Source: Selaginella moellendorffii (lineage: Eukaryota > Plantae > Lycopodiophyta). Taken from it: DNA of 64,000 nt. Positions 23,696 to 35,601 of the stretch are shown here, in pieces. The notes beneath the pieces are model-generated. The model had not been told where the DNA came from, searched no databases, and worked only from the letters and a program-made list of their open reading frames with translations. How positions within the stretch are numbered: position 1 is the stretch's first letter; the number at the start of each line of letters is the position of its first letter. The stretch lies in assembly GCF_000143415.4 (NCBI RefSeq), contig NW_003314268.1:1348672-1412671 (forward strand), read 5' to 3'. Both the position numbers and the translations under genes were made by a program.

Positions 23696-26600
23696 TGTTC
23701 CTTAGTCCGACTTTTATTGGTGCTCAAGTATATCACCATTGATATTGGCATCGGAAGGTCCTAGGAGTGGGCTTATCCTTGAGGAGTAGCATGTCGAGAG
23801 GACATGGCTCTCCACTCAAGTTCATGCGTGAACTTCGGCTTAATGTGGTGGATAGAAAAGTGGTCAATAATAGAACGACTTTGGGATCTTGGGAATAGTA
23901 TATGGTTTTCCTTAGAGAGTTGAGGATGTGATCCAGATGAGCATTTAACTTAGCAAACTGGCTAATGTAGTTGTGGTAAACAACTATAGCTGGGATCACG
24001 GTAAAGATAAAGACTCTAAAACAATAAAGGAGTCACAAGATTATCCTCATATAGTTGAGGTTGGTGCTCATGAATGTGAGACCAGAAGTAATGACTGTGG
24101 GAGGTCAAATACGGAAGAGGGCTCAAGTCCTTGAAATGGTAGCCGGGGCTACTTTTAATAAATGTTGGAACAACCCAAGGAGTTGGGGGGTGTACTTAGA
24201 GATGAGTTGGTATTCTCATCACATGGACAAGTAGTCTTAAGGGGCAAAGGTTGCCCCAGAGAACAAAATCAAGTGTCAGAGCAACACTTGTGAAAATAGT
24301 CCTTGTGAGTGAAGACATGAATGCAAGAAGTGTATTCCAATGAGTTAGTGCCCGACAAGTAGGACCTTACGGGTCTGCGGATTAACCAAGTCCAAAACTG
24401 CTGGATGACTCAAGTAGAGTCAAGGAATGGTCCTAAAGGACTGATGGAAGCATTTGGACTGAAGTGTGTGGTACCCCACGAAGGATGGGGGGGATCATAG
24501 GATCCAAGGATAAGAACAGAGGGTATCTCATCGATGGCAAAATATGCCATGCTAAAGTCGTGGGAAGGGTGTTCCCAAAAAGAAAACAATTTTGAAACAA
24601 AGTTGTGTGTGACCTCTATGGTGCAGTGCTAACGGATGGTTGGCATGAGAAAGAGTGGTATTGGTCTTGGCAAAGACTTAGACACAAAGAAGAAGTGTCA
24701 TAGAGGTAGGCTCGTGGAGCCGATGGTGTGGAGACACCAAATGTGCCAAGGTGTGATACCTTGAGGCTATGTTGGTGGGCTCATGAGAACCCCTTGCCAA
24801 AGGAATCCCAATGGAAATGGGAATGGCATAGCCTAAACTGCAGAGCATGCAGTTGGAGTGTGGTGACCTAGATAATGATGAAGGTGTGGAAGCACCAGCA
24901 ATGAGTTGTAGGACTTGACAACTATGAGGCAACTAAGCAAGAGGTGCAAAATAATTGGTTAAACGGGTAGAAGGTAGCTACCCAAGCCTTCTTAATGGCA
25001 TAAGGAAATTGGATATACCCTTACAGGGGATAAGTTGCTTATGTTGCGATATAGTAAGTCAATGTCATGAAAAGAAATACTCATTGTCAAGGAAGTTGTC
25101 ATTGGGACACCTGAACACTCTAGAACACCAGGAGGTGGTGTTTGATGTCGCGAGGGCAATAGATAAGGCCCAAGGGACTAAGTCCTTAGCGAATGATGGA
25201 TAGAAGGTGCTATCCAAATGTCCAAGGTGGCGGAGACAGGAGAAGACTGTCTACTCAAATTGGACAAAGCCAAAAATGAAATTTTGGCAAGGCTAGCGAT
25301 GGGCATGTAAAGGCCCATAAGCAACAACATAATCTCGGTGTGTGGGATTATAGGGTGAGCATACCTAGATTGAGGAACCACTCCCTAGGCTACCAGGTAG
25401 GTTCATCCCCAAGAATACTTGCTAATGCATGATAGAAAGTGCAAAGCTATCCTCTTGATCTGGAGGAGAATGACCGAAGGAAAGGTGTGAAGCCAAAAGC
25501 AAGAAGTATGGGGGTAGAACCAAACCATAGGAATCGAAGGGCATAACCAAGGTTGGTTATGCCAGTTGGGAGTGGAGAATCAAGTGGGGGCTCGAGGGTG
25601 TTGCCGTTAGCAACCGTGATGCCATGGAGAGTCTAAAATATAGAATTATCCATGTTAGACTATATGGTAATTGGAAAGCTTGCAAAAAGGGAGGCCTTAG
25701 CCAGCTAAGGGACAGAGTTCCTTCAAAGTTCCCAAAGATGATTCTAGGTAGCTTAGTACCTAGAAAGGCCAAGCATAAATGGTTCAAAGAACGCACGAAA
25801 TCAGAGTGGCACAGCAGAAGTGTGGTCTTGAAGCTTGCCATGAGGCAAGGCTATCAAGGTTAGGGAAGTAGTTCCCGAGTGTTCAAAGAGAGGGTTTTGA
25901 ACAAAAGTCGATGATCAAGGGCTTTTACGCTTGTGCAGGAACCATGTTACAGTGGTCGGAGGACTTGCCAAAGCAAGATTGGCAAGTCAGGGGAACAAAT
26001 ACCCTAGTTGAAGGTGATAACTTCAAAAAGGGTGGGCCATGGGGCCAAGCATGGAGGAGTCCATGCATGATCACAGACTTGTCAAGTAAGAGGACTTGGC
26101 AGTGTGGAGGAACTAGGTTCCTAAGCTGTGATCTATAGCGTGCTTTGAGTATAAGTTGGTGCACTGGCGTGGGGAGTCACGCCAGGCATCCTTGGTGATG
26201 CCGTCTGTAGATGCATATACGGAGGTTGGGTTCGAGTCCCGACCCTCTAGTGCTTGGGTTCGAGTCCCAACTCACTAGGGCGTGGTGATGGTTTGGAATA
26301 TGAGGACACTCATATTTCGGTGGTCATGGACTCTCAGTGAGGAGACTGGTTTGGGCACACCGCCAAGCGAGGGATGCTTCGGAGTCGTGATGCACGGTTA
26401 GATTGCTTAGAGTGAAAGCTCGGCATATCTAACTTGAATACTTTGGTGCAAAGGGCACCAAAGATGTGTTGGATGAGATGGGGACACCCAAGTCTCAGTT
26501 GCTATGGACCCTTGGCCGGAAGGGCTGGCTTGGGCGCACCGCCAAGTGTGGGGGATGCCCCCGGGGTTGTAGTTAACAAGTTAAAGGTCTGGAAGACCTA

Positions 26601-27781
26601 ATACCTATTGGCAAACCTGTTAAGGTGCCGAGGTGAGATCACTAGGTGATCTTGTGGCTAAATAAGGACAAGGTCCTTGTTTGGGCTAAGGAATAAGGTT
26701 CTTAGTTCAAAGTGTTGATTTGAACTATTAATAAAGGTGTGGCTTGGTCAAGGTGACTAAGTGGGAAGGACACCTAAGGGAAATGAACTACTACAATACA
26801 ATGGTATTATGAGTTCAAGAAAATAGTCTCCAGAGACAGGCCCATGGGTGGGTCACAAGGTTGGGCTAGGAAGAGAGCCTAGAACAGTGGGGAGACTTAC
26901 TAGGGGTGAACACCCTAGTCTGGGCAAAGCAGATCCTTTGCTATGGAACCAAAAGAATACCTCAAGGAGGGAGGTAATGATCCTATGTTACTTGGTGCAA
27001 CAATCCAAGGATAGGAGCAAAAGACGAGTGCCCAAGATAGGGCCGTGGAATCCATTAGAAAGAATCCAAGTGGCAAAGTTAGCCAAGGAACACTAATGTG
27101 TTTGATGCTAACGGATTGCGAAAAAAGAAGTGAACTTCCAAGGATGGATTCCCAAGTGCTCCAATTTGGCAAAGGAAAGGTTCCAAGTGAGGGAGCAACT
27201 AAGTAGCCAAAAGATAGGGCCGTGGACAGCCCTAGCACAAATAATGATAAATGGAACGTAATGCCAATGGTGGCACAAAAATAGAAAAGAGGATGAAGGT
27301 GCCCTCGAGTAGAGAACTTCCTAGGAGGGGAAGTGGAGTTGCACAAAATGTGCAAGGCAAGGTGTCGGAGACACCTAGGAAATTGACTTCAAGAAGTCAA
27401 AAGTAAACGTTCCAAAGTGCAAAGGTAGATCAATGGAATCTGTGACTACTCAAGAATGAGTAGTGGAATTGAGTTAGAGAGGGTGTCTCTAACAGGTTTA
27501 GTGAGAACTGAACCAATAAAAAGGAGCAACCCACCCCAGGTGGTCAAGTGAGTCTCTAAGTTAGAGAGACTATCCTCCTTAGAGGATGGGCAAGGCATGG
27601 TGAGCCTTTGGTGTCAAACTATTGACGAATATGAAGAAGGCATGGTGAGCCTTCAATGTCAAACCATTGACAAATATTGGCTAGGTGCCAAGGATGGAAA
27701 TGGTAACACATGCGGGTGTTACTTTATAAAATGGTTTACCGTTCGATGAGGACATCGAACTTCATCTATGGGTGGTGGAGT
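23696..27781 (+). ncRNA. Putative highly structured non-coding internal RNA (tandem stem-loop array)
   Basis: Back-to-back inverted repeats, e.g. 24241-24257, 25540-25563, 25962-25988, 26441-26463, 27383-27400, 27445-27464, 27741-27760. Transcription is not shown. Confidence 0.6.
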
Positions 27782-29434
27782 TGTGAGACACAAAATCCCT
27801 AGGCCCCAAAGTGGAGCCGGAAAAGGTGCCACGTGGTAGTGGCCGAAGCGAAAGCCCAAACGAGTGTAACACGTTTGGACTAAAAGCTCTGACTTGGAAG
27901 GTCGAGAGTGGGAGTGGAACTCCCAACAAAGTGCTCAAGGAGCGAGCAATAAGCAAGGCTCCAAAAAGGGATCCAAAAAGGACCAACACATGACACGTGG
28001 AAGTGTCCGAGATGGAGTCCGATATGGAGTCCGAGATGGACCCGAAGTGGAGTCCGAGATGGAGTCCGATATGGAGTCCGAGATGGACCCGAAGTGGAGT
28101 CCGAGGTGGACCGAGACGGAGTCCGAGATGGACCTGAGATGGAGTCCAAGATGGACCGAGATGGAGCCCGAGATGGAGTCCGAGATGGAGTCCGAGATGT
28201 ACCGAGACGGAGTCTGAGATGGAGTCCGAGATGGAGTCCGAGAAGGACCCGAGATGGAGTCCGAGGTCGAGACCGAGACCGGGACCGAGACCGAGACCGA
28301 GACCGAGATCGGGACCGAGACCGAGACCAGGACCGGGACCGAGACCGAGACCGAGGCCAAGGCTGAGACCGAGCCCGAGCCCAAGTCCGAGTCTGAGTCC
28401 AAGTCCGAGTCCGAGTCCGAGTCCGAGTTCGAGTCTGAGAGGGTGAAAGCCCAAAGTGTTCGTCTCCCAGACCCTGGGGGGTTTGGTGAGCTCCAAAAGT
28501 ATAGTAAGGGGGAGGACTGCAATGGAGCCAGTTTGGCCAGGAAAGGCCAGTTTGGCCCAGGAAGGCCAGACCCAGTGTTGGGTGATGAGCTGACCACTGG
28601 GAAGTCCAAGACTAGAGTGAACATGGACCGACAAGTGGGGTAGCTTGGTGAAGTGTTCAAGAGCGGACTCTAGTTCCCCTGGGAGATCGACTGGCCGATG
28701 CTCCTAGTCCAAGTGTGGGTGGCACTACCTACTTGGATACCAGGCGTGGCTCAACAGAACCCCACTCTAAGCCCATGGCTAGAGCACCCAAGGGCGGAAG
28801 GCGGGGAAAGTACCTAGGTGGCTCGCGTAAGGCCATGGTGTTCCGAAATGTCATCCCAAAGGCCCAGACTGTGGAAAGGAAGAGGAGCAGTCATCTGGGG
28901 TGTGACCAAGGACACAGTCGTGTGGTGATGAAGTCCCAGAGGACTGTGGGACTTAGTGGTCGGGCCTGTGGGCCTCGATCCAGTGGCAGTGTTGGCAAAC
29001 ACAGCCAAAGGCAAAAAGGGACTTAGTGGGGACTGACAGAGGGATATTGGGGAAGGCTGTTCCCTTTGTCGGTGGGCATCCTAAGGATGCTAAGGAGTGG
29101 ATCTGGGGTGACCACTCATGGATGGTTGGCCCAGTCTTGGAGAGACAAGACTGTGTTGCAAGTGGTATTGGACTACCAGTGTAGCAAAGGTGATTGGGCA
29201 TAGCCTTAACGTAACATGTTGTTATGTCGGTGGTACCTTTGAGTGTCGGTCATGGGATTGGACACATGGAGCACTTAGACCAGGTGCAAGGGTTGAGTGG
29301 CATGGATGCCATTCTTGGGGTTAGCAAGTCCCAAGTCCTGAATTGGACTTATGGAGGTTGTGAATGAGACTCCTCCAAATGGTCGGAGGTGTGGTTAAGT
29401 GACTAAAGTAGAATGGAAAAATTAGTCGCTTACA
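27782..29434 (+). repeat. 3' LTR (1653 bp)
   Basis: tgtgagacac...gtcgcttaca, preceded by the purine-rich tract gggtggtggag. Confidence 0.95.
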
Positions 29435-32400
29435 TCCTTGTGACGAGTTTGAACTCTTTAAAATAATTACATCACATATGATGCATGGACTATGTGGACT
29501 TTTTTATCCTAATAGAAAATGGTTCTTGCTCAAAAGGTTTTCCAAAAAAATTTAATTATGAAACAACATTTTTAGTTAATGGATATCCAAATTATTATAG
29601 ACTAGAAAATGGATGTACAGTTTTTAAAAATTGTCAGACATCATATATAACTTTTAAACTTCCTGTTCCATTAAATGAAACTTTTATTTCTACTATTATA
29701 GCTAATAGTGAAGCATGCCAGAAAATAAAAAAATGCACATATGTTAATATGGGATGAAATTAGTATGGTTTACACACATGCATTTTTTGCCATTAATTTA
29801 GCATTACAAGATATAAAAAAAATGAATTACCTTTTGGAGGAATTATTCTTATTACAAGTGGCGACTTTAGACAAACACTACCAATTATTCCACATGGTCA
29901 TCGAGTATAAATTGTTTCAAATTCAGTAAAAATGAATAGGTTATAGAAATTTTTAAAACACTTTCCTAAAAAGGAATATGAGACTAATTGAATACTTTTT
30001 ATGGGCTGATTGGCTTCTTCAAATTGGAAATGGTAATAATTACATGAATTTACCCAATTTACTTTTAGAATCTATTACATTACCTTACACACAGGTAATA
30101 ATATCCTCTATTGTTGATTTTGTTTTCCCATCTTTACAAGATATTTCAAACCCCTACATTGCATCTAATAGAGTCATACTTACCCCACTTAATGATGATG
30201 CTTTTCCAAAAAGATGAACATCCCTTGGACTTAGCAAAGCAAGAGCTTTTCATCCTTGAGGTATGTTTTCGATTCCATAGCTGATATACATATTTATAAA
30301 AATGTTGACTTTTTTGATATTGAACACCTAGAAGATTTTCCAATTGAATTCCTAAATTTCATTACTCCTTCTGGTCTTCCACCACATAAAATCTCGCTTA
30401 AAGAAGGTATTATCTTTATTTTATTGAGGAATATATGTCCATCAACTAGACTATATAATGGTACACACCTCATACTTAAACATGCCTTACCAACAATTCT
30501 AGACTATGAAATTATATTAAGCCAATTCAAAGGTACATGAGCTTTCATCCCTCAAATCACACTCACACCTTTAGACATAGAAATTTTAATTAAAATGTCT
30601 AGAAGACAATTTCTAGTGCGTTTATGGTATTGCCTTATAATCTCTAAATGTCAAGGCCAAACATTTGACCGAGTCACAATACACTTGTCATATCTAGTTT
30701 TCACCCATGACCAACTTTATATGGCTTTATCAAGATGCACATCACCAGCAGAATTAAGCATTAAAGTACAGAACACATCACTCTAAGGATAGTTATTCCC
30801 TTTGAGTCCTTTTACTTTCACTATCAACACAGTATATAAGAACGTTTTATCCTCCATGTATTGTTTATAGCACTAAAACAAATTCTTAATATAAATTAAT
30901 GAACAAATAAAACAGCCTACTAATAGGACAGCATATGCTAGGCAAGTGCTAGTAATTATAAAACTAAGAAGATTGTAAATATAAAATATTTCTAGCCAAC
31001 ATTATTCCAAGATATAAAAGAATGGTGTAGGTCATGTCATATTTATCAAGTCTTTCAGAAGAATCCTTCAAACAAGAAGTCTTTATTCAATTTTGTCAAC
31101 ATGATCATTTGAGCAATAGGGTATAAATATTGTAGGACCAATTGTAGTGACATCAAGTTATAAAAATCTATCCTGGTGGCAATAAACTACCTTACTAAGT
31201 GGGCTAAAGCAATAAAAATTAAAACCAACATCAAGGAAGTTGTGATAAACTTTCTTGTTTAAAATATATGCATAAGGTTTGGTTGCCCATTAGAAATTGT
31301 TATTAACTAGGGTTCATATATATCTACTATCCAAAAGCTAATGGGTTGGTGGAGCTAATGTGTATTGTGCAACATTTTAGGAAAGTTGACTGCTGAGAAA
31401 AATAAAGTTTGGGATAAATAGAAAATAACAACATTATAGGTTTACACAACCACACATAAGGTAGTAATAAATTTCACTTCTTTTCAACAAGTTTATAAAA
31501 TAGTAGCTATACTTCCAATTGAGTTGGAAATCTTAAGTCTATAATTAGTGTTTAAGCATGGAATAAGTGATAAGAAGGACTTGTAATTGAGGCTCATTCA
31601 ACTTGAGAATCAATGTTAGCTCTTCAATATACAAAAACAGTTCAATAAAATAGAAAGCATAGATGTGATAAGAAATTTATAAAAGCTTTATAAATGGAAA
31701 TCTAATGAATTATATTTGCTTGTAGATTTTAATGAAGAACAACAGAACACCTTAGTGCATGGATATAAATGTTCTAACTTCAACTATAAAACAACATTAT
31801 CATTAGGATGTAAATAACCTACATGACTTATAGCCATGTGGCTTGTTTGGGTGGGATTATACAACCAAAAATGGCATGTTTAAAGTCAAGATGTCTGGAT
31901 ACAAGGTATGTATATACAAAACCATCCTCCTTATACCTCTACCATCAATTTTTCCTTATAATTTTAAAGTTGAAGTCAAAGTATAACTACTCTTTCCTTT
32001 CTATATCTTATATTTGTTCTATTACTTATCCACTTTACTTTATCACAAACCTTATATTCCACCATCTTTATAAAATAAAACTCTTATATTCAAGTATACC
32101 CTCCAACTTTGTAAAAGTTTCTACCACCATTCAAAAAATATTTCCTTGTGTAATATATGTATTCACTAATAGTCATCTAAATTTGCCACCTTTTCTACAC
32201 CAATATTTTATGATACTAACAACAAAACATAAAATATATTCTAAGGACTATATAATGAAGAGCATTGAGTATGAAGTGATTTTAGTTTTGTAATATTCTT
32301 TTTTGATCCTTACTTCCTTAAAAAATGTAAAAATTACAATTTAGTAGAAATCCCTCTCCTCTCTCTTTCTCTCAAAGCACAAAGTATATAAAAATAGTGT

Positions 32401-34733
32401 GCCACTAACCACTAAATTCAAACATAATGATTTCATAATTGTGTAAAGAGAAGCTGAAAAATTAATGAAATATTTGTCAACTCTTTTATTAAAAGATTTA
32501 TTCTTGATTACATCATTGCTCTGAAATTCCCTCTAAAGCACACCTAATGGAGTATGATGCATAAGTTATAGAAAAGATCATCTAAAGTCTTGCATTAGAG
32601 AAGTGAAATTTATCCTTCCTTGGCAATGATCATGGCCATATCTTCATTTTTGTCCTTGAACACAAGTAGCAACAATCATCAAAATTCTATCATGTCTCAT
32701 GAAAAGTAAACATATATAGTTACAAATAGGAGAGATATGTTTCATAGCATTGTGCTACTTGAAAAGTATCATCAAAGTGGTTAGTGCAATTGCATGTATA
32801 AATCACATAAGATCTTGATAAAGTCTTAAATAACCCTTAATGAAGACAATGCAATTGCACAATCTCAAATGCATGCTTGAAGATATTCAAGAAAAAAGCT
32901 TTAATTACCATACCATTGTAATGCCATCTTTTGAAAATATGTAAACATTAAACATTGGCATAAGATAAGTGGCAATCATTATAAAGTGATTAAATGAATG
33001 ATACACATCATCTATAGAATTCCAAAGGAAAAAATATAGTTTATGCAAGGATTAGCAATAAGAGCAAGAGAAGTTACATCATACACTATGAATGCCACCA
33101 TCATCTAAGTGCATAATATCATATTTATTAGATACCAATTTTAAATAAAATATAAATTAAGATAAGTAATTGATAATTGATTAAAAAATAAAAAATTGCT
33201 ACACATTGCATGTAGAAATATTTGATGTGCTTAATAGTAGTGTTATTCTTACTTATTAATCCAATTGATCAAATAAAGTTTATAATTATAAGCACGTTTG
33301 TAATTTATAAACACAAGATTAATCTTATTGCATATCAACCATTAGATGATAAAATAAAAAAGAATATACTAGAAAGGTTTTAAGAAATTTTATAAATTAT
33401 AAAAATATTTATAAATTATAAATATAAGATTAATCTAAATGCATAACAACCATTAGATGGTAGAATATCCTAGGATATCCAAGTATATTTTATATATATC
33501 CACTACCATCCTAGCCCCCCTACAAGTTTGTTTAAGCAAACAAAAAATTCAAAGAGAGAATATTGAAGATTATATCATTTTTCAACCATCATTCAGTTTC
33601 TATTTCATTAGTTTCAATAAGCATCAAAACATTATTTATAAAAGATAATAAGACCATACAGCCCTTTTTTATTTGCAATTTTTCCTGAATTTCAAGTAAA
33701 TTTATTCTCCCTTTGTATTTTGTGTCAGAACTTATAATAATTTTAGTGTTGTGATAACTGCAAATGATGTGTTTAAATCAGACATTCAAAATAATTCTTT
33801 TGTACAAACACATAAGTAGCCTAATGCAATTTTTCAGAATATTTGAACAAAAGCCTTTGGAAAGTTTAAGAAATATTTTAAATATCCTCGACTCAATATT
33901 TGTGGATTTTTTGGTGTTAGCAAATGAACTTTACCAGATATTGGAGAAAAATCCATAATGAAGATAGGCTTAGATCTAGAAATGCAATTTAATTTACACC
34001 ATAATGATAAATGAAAGGTATACTGCCATTTCTAAGTACATCTATAGTAGAAGAAAGCACTCCTAAATTATTTCACAAATATAAAGAATGAGCTAGATAA
34101 TTTCAAGAACTTTATCTCTGTATGGTGACCTTAAGTAAATAATAAATCGAGGTTAATTTCAAGTATATGTTGTATCCAATAAATCAAGTGGCTATAATAA
34201 AAATAACTAAAGACCACGATATAAAAATGAAAAAATAGAAAAAAATATATTGTTTCCATTTTTATTTTGGTACCAGGGATTACAATCAACTTCTTCAAGA
34301 AGTTCCTCCTTTGAATTTGCGACTTGCAGACTTGCAAATAGAAATTGCCTAAAGCTGAGATGTTGGAGCCTATAGAACAAACTCCCATTGAAAGGTTCAT
34401 ACTCAATTTCCTCACCAGCTTGAAAGTGAGCTCAAATGCACTTGCTATCACCACTTTTGACATTGTCCCAGCCAAGCCTATACCCCATTTTGTTACGTTT
34501 CACCTTATTTGACTAAATCACAATTTGACTCAGGAAAATGCCCGCGCAATCTCGGCCGCCAATCAAGAACAACGAAAAACACAAACCAGTCTCCTTTGAT
34601 GGTCTGACAAAAGAGTCCTATCAAAACTCTCCACATCGCTCTCATATATAAGCTTCTCATGGAAACATAACGCTTTTATTCAAAGCATTGCTCAGTCGAT
34701 CCACAATCATAGAGAAAACTTCATTGAAGGACG

Positions 34734-35318
34734 ATGGAAAAGCTCATATTGTTCTCGCTGTTCTTGTCCATTGTCTCACGCTGCTTCGCTCAACTCGGCC
34801 AGACGAATGGTAGTGATTTTTCTGTAAACTTAAGCTTCACTGGTCCTCCATCACCAGGAACTTCATTGTCAGTCACTTGGTTGAACTCTCCAAGAAACTC
34901 CTCCACTGCTGTTCTCGCCAGCACTTCCGCTTCTTTTTGCCAGATCCAGATTCAAGCCACCAACACGCCGGTGCTGATCGGCCAGCCAACGCCAATCTTC
35001 TGGAGCTCGCCTTGCGCCCCGGGCCTAAACTGTTCCTCTCGATTCCAAGTCAACGGGAGCTTGGAGCTCGTCGTGATGGAGGAGGTGGTGTGGAGCACAA
35101 GCACAGATGGGAGAAATGCGAGCTTTGCGAGGCTCAGCGATGGTGGAGAGCTCTCACTTGTGACGTCCTCTAACCAGGTTGTATGGACGAGTAAGGATGG
35201 GCCACTGGCGGGGCTTTGTTTGATCAGACAAAGCAGTGCCGGATCATCCCTTGCAGTTCCTTGCGGCTTATTGATTCTGCTCGGGTCACTCCTTCTAGCG
35301 CTATGGAAGAGTGTGTAG
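34734..35318 (+). CDS. B-lectin-like secreted/GPI-type protein, copy 2
   Basis: Paralog of 15419-16012 with only in-frame indels and TGG in place of TGA (adds WKSV). Confidence 0.75.
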   Translation: MEKLILFSLFLSIVSRCFAQLGQTNGSDFSVNLSFTGPPSPGTSLSVTWLNSPRNSSTAVLASTSASFCQIQIQATNTPVLIGQPTPIFWSSPCAPGLNCSSRFQVNGSLELVVMEEVVWSTSTDGRNASFARLSDGGELSLVTSSNQVVWTSKDGPLAGLCLIRQSSAGSSLAVPCGLLILLGSLLLALWKSV

Positions 35319-35601
35319 ATCTTCTATCACAATAAAATTCTTCCACCATTCCTTAAAAGATATCTCAGTGATCCACTAAGTCGATTCTTTGTCAGCTCTA
35401 TAGATATATGTGAAGAACTAACTACAAGCACAAAGTGGGCGGTAGAGATTTGCCCGGGTGGAAAAATCATATCGGCTCACAATGTGCCAAGTTGATGCTT
35501 ATCGGCTGTCCATGTGTCTTCCTTCTATCGTTAGACCCTAATCACTTGGCACTTGCCATGGAAGGTCTTTAGCTAGGTTTCTCGGATCGATCCATTCCTC
35601 C

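Larger units (their letters stand above)
22041..29434 (+). mobile_element. Intact-ended non-autonomous LTR retroelement (LARD-like) with non-coding, hairpin-packed interior
   Basis: TG...CA LTRs, 5-bp TSD TCCTT (22036-22040 and 29435-29439), PBS TGGTATCGGAGC, PPT before the 3' LTR. No gag/pol-like ORF in 23681-27781. Confidence 0.95.
20600..30790 (+). pseudogene. Helitron RepHel pseudogene (20600-22040 and 29440-30790)
   Basis: CCQHGQVILP, GGGPRAMQQNYSDAMAI, DIFITFTYNPK, YVIEFYKKGLPHCH (HUH), ELPDP|CDE across the LTR insertion, LIWDEISM, GDFRQTLP, SGLPPHKISLK, ISKCQGQT, QLYMALSR. Deletion near 29630 between Rep and helicase. Confidence 0.93.
18969..30952 (+). mobile_element. Helitron (defective RepHel), inserted at an A|T site
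   Basis: 5' A|TCTATCATAATAAGG. 3' palindrome AGCATATGCT (30930-30939), then CTAG|T (30949-30952). No TSD. Rep and Pif1 helicase motifs inside. Confidence 0.92.
18300..31860 (+). mobile_element. Old Ty3/Gypsy pol relic (RNase H 18400-18700, integrase 18940-18968 + 30953-31600) interrupted by a Helitron
   Basis: ELGYPLLEKQ.ACIIYAIEKLKHYL*GRHF (RNase H). The rejoined empty site reads YEICCSG*YNYKTKKIVNIKYF*PTLFQDIKEWCRSCHIYQ (HHCC region). Also AINYLTKWAKA, RFGCPLEIVIN*G, YYPKANG, LPIELE. Confidence 0.85.

Noticed and set aside
24454-24470. miR319-like TTGGACTGAAG
   Set aside because: Only 11 nt match and no long precursor fold-back.
26224-26280. tRNA gene
   Set aside because: Only T-arm-like hairpins, with no acceptor stem, D-arm or anticodon arm arrangement.
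22041-29434. Retrozyme (hammerhead-containing LTR element)
   Set aside because: I found no CTGA(N)GA...GAAA hammerhead core in the LTRs by eye, and the LTRs and interior are much longer than known retrozymes. An Infernal search would settle it.
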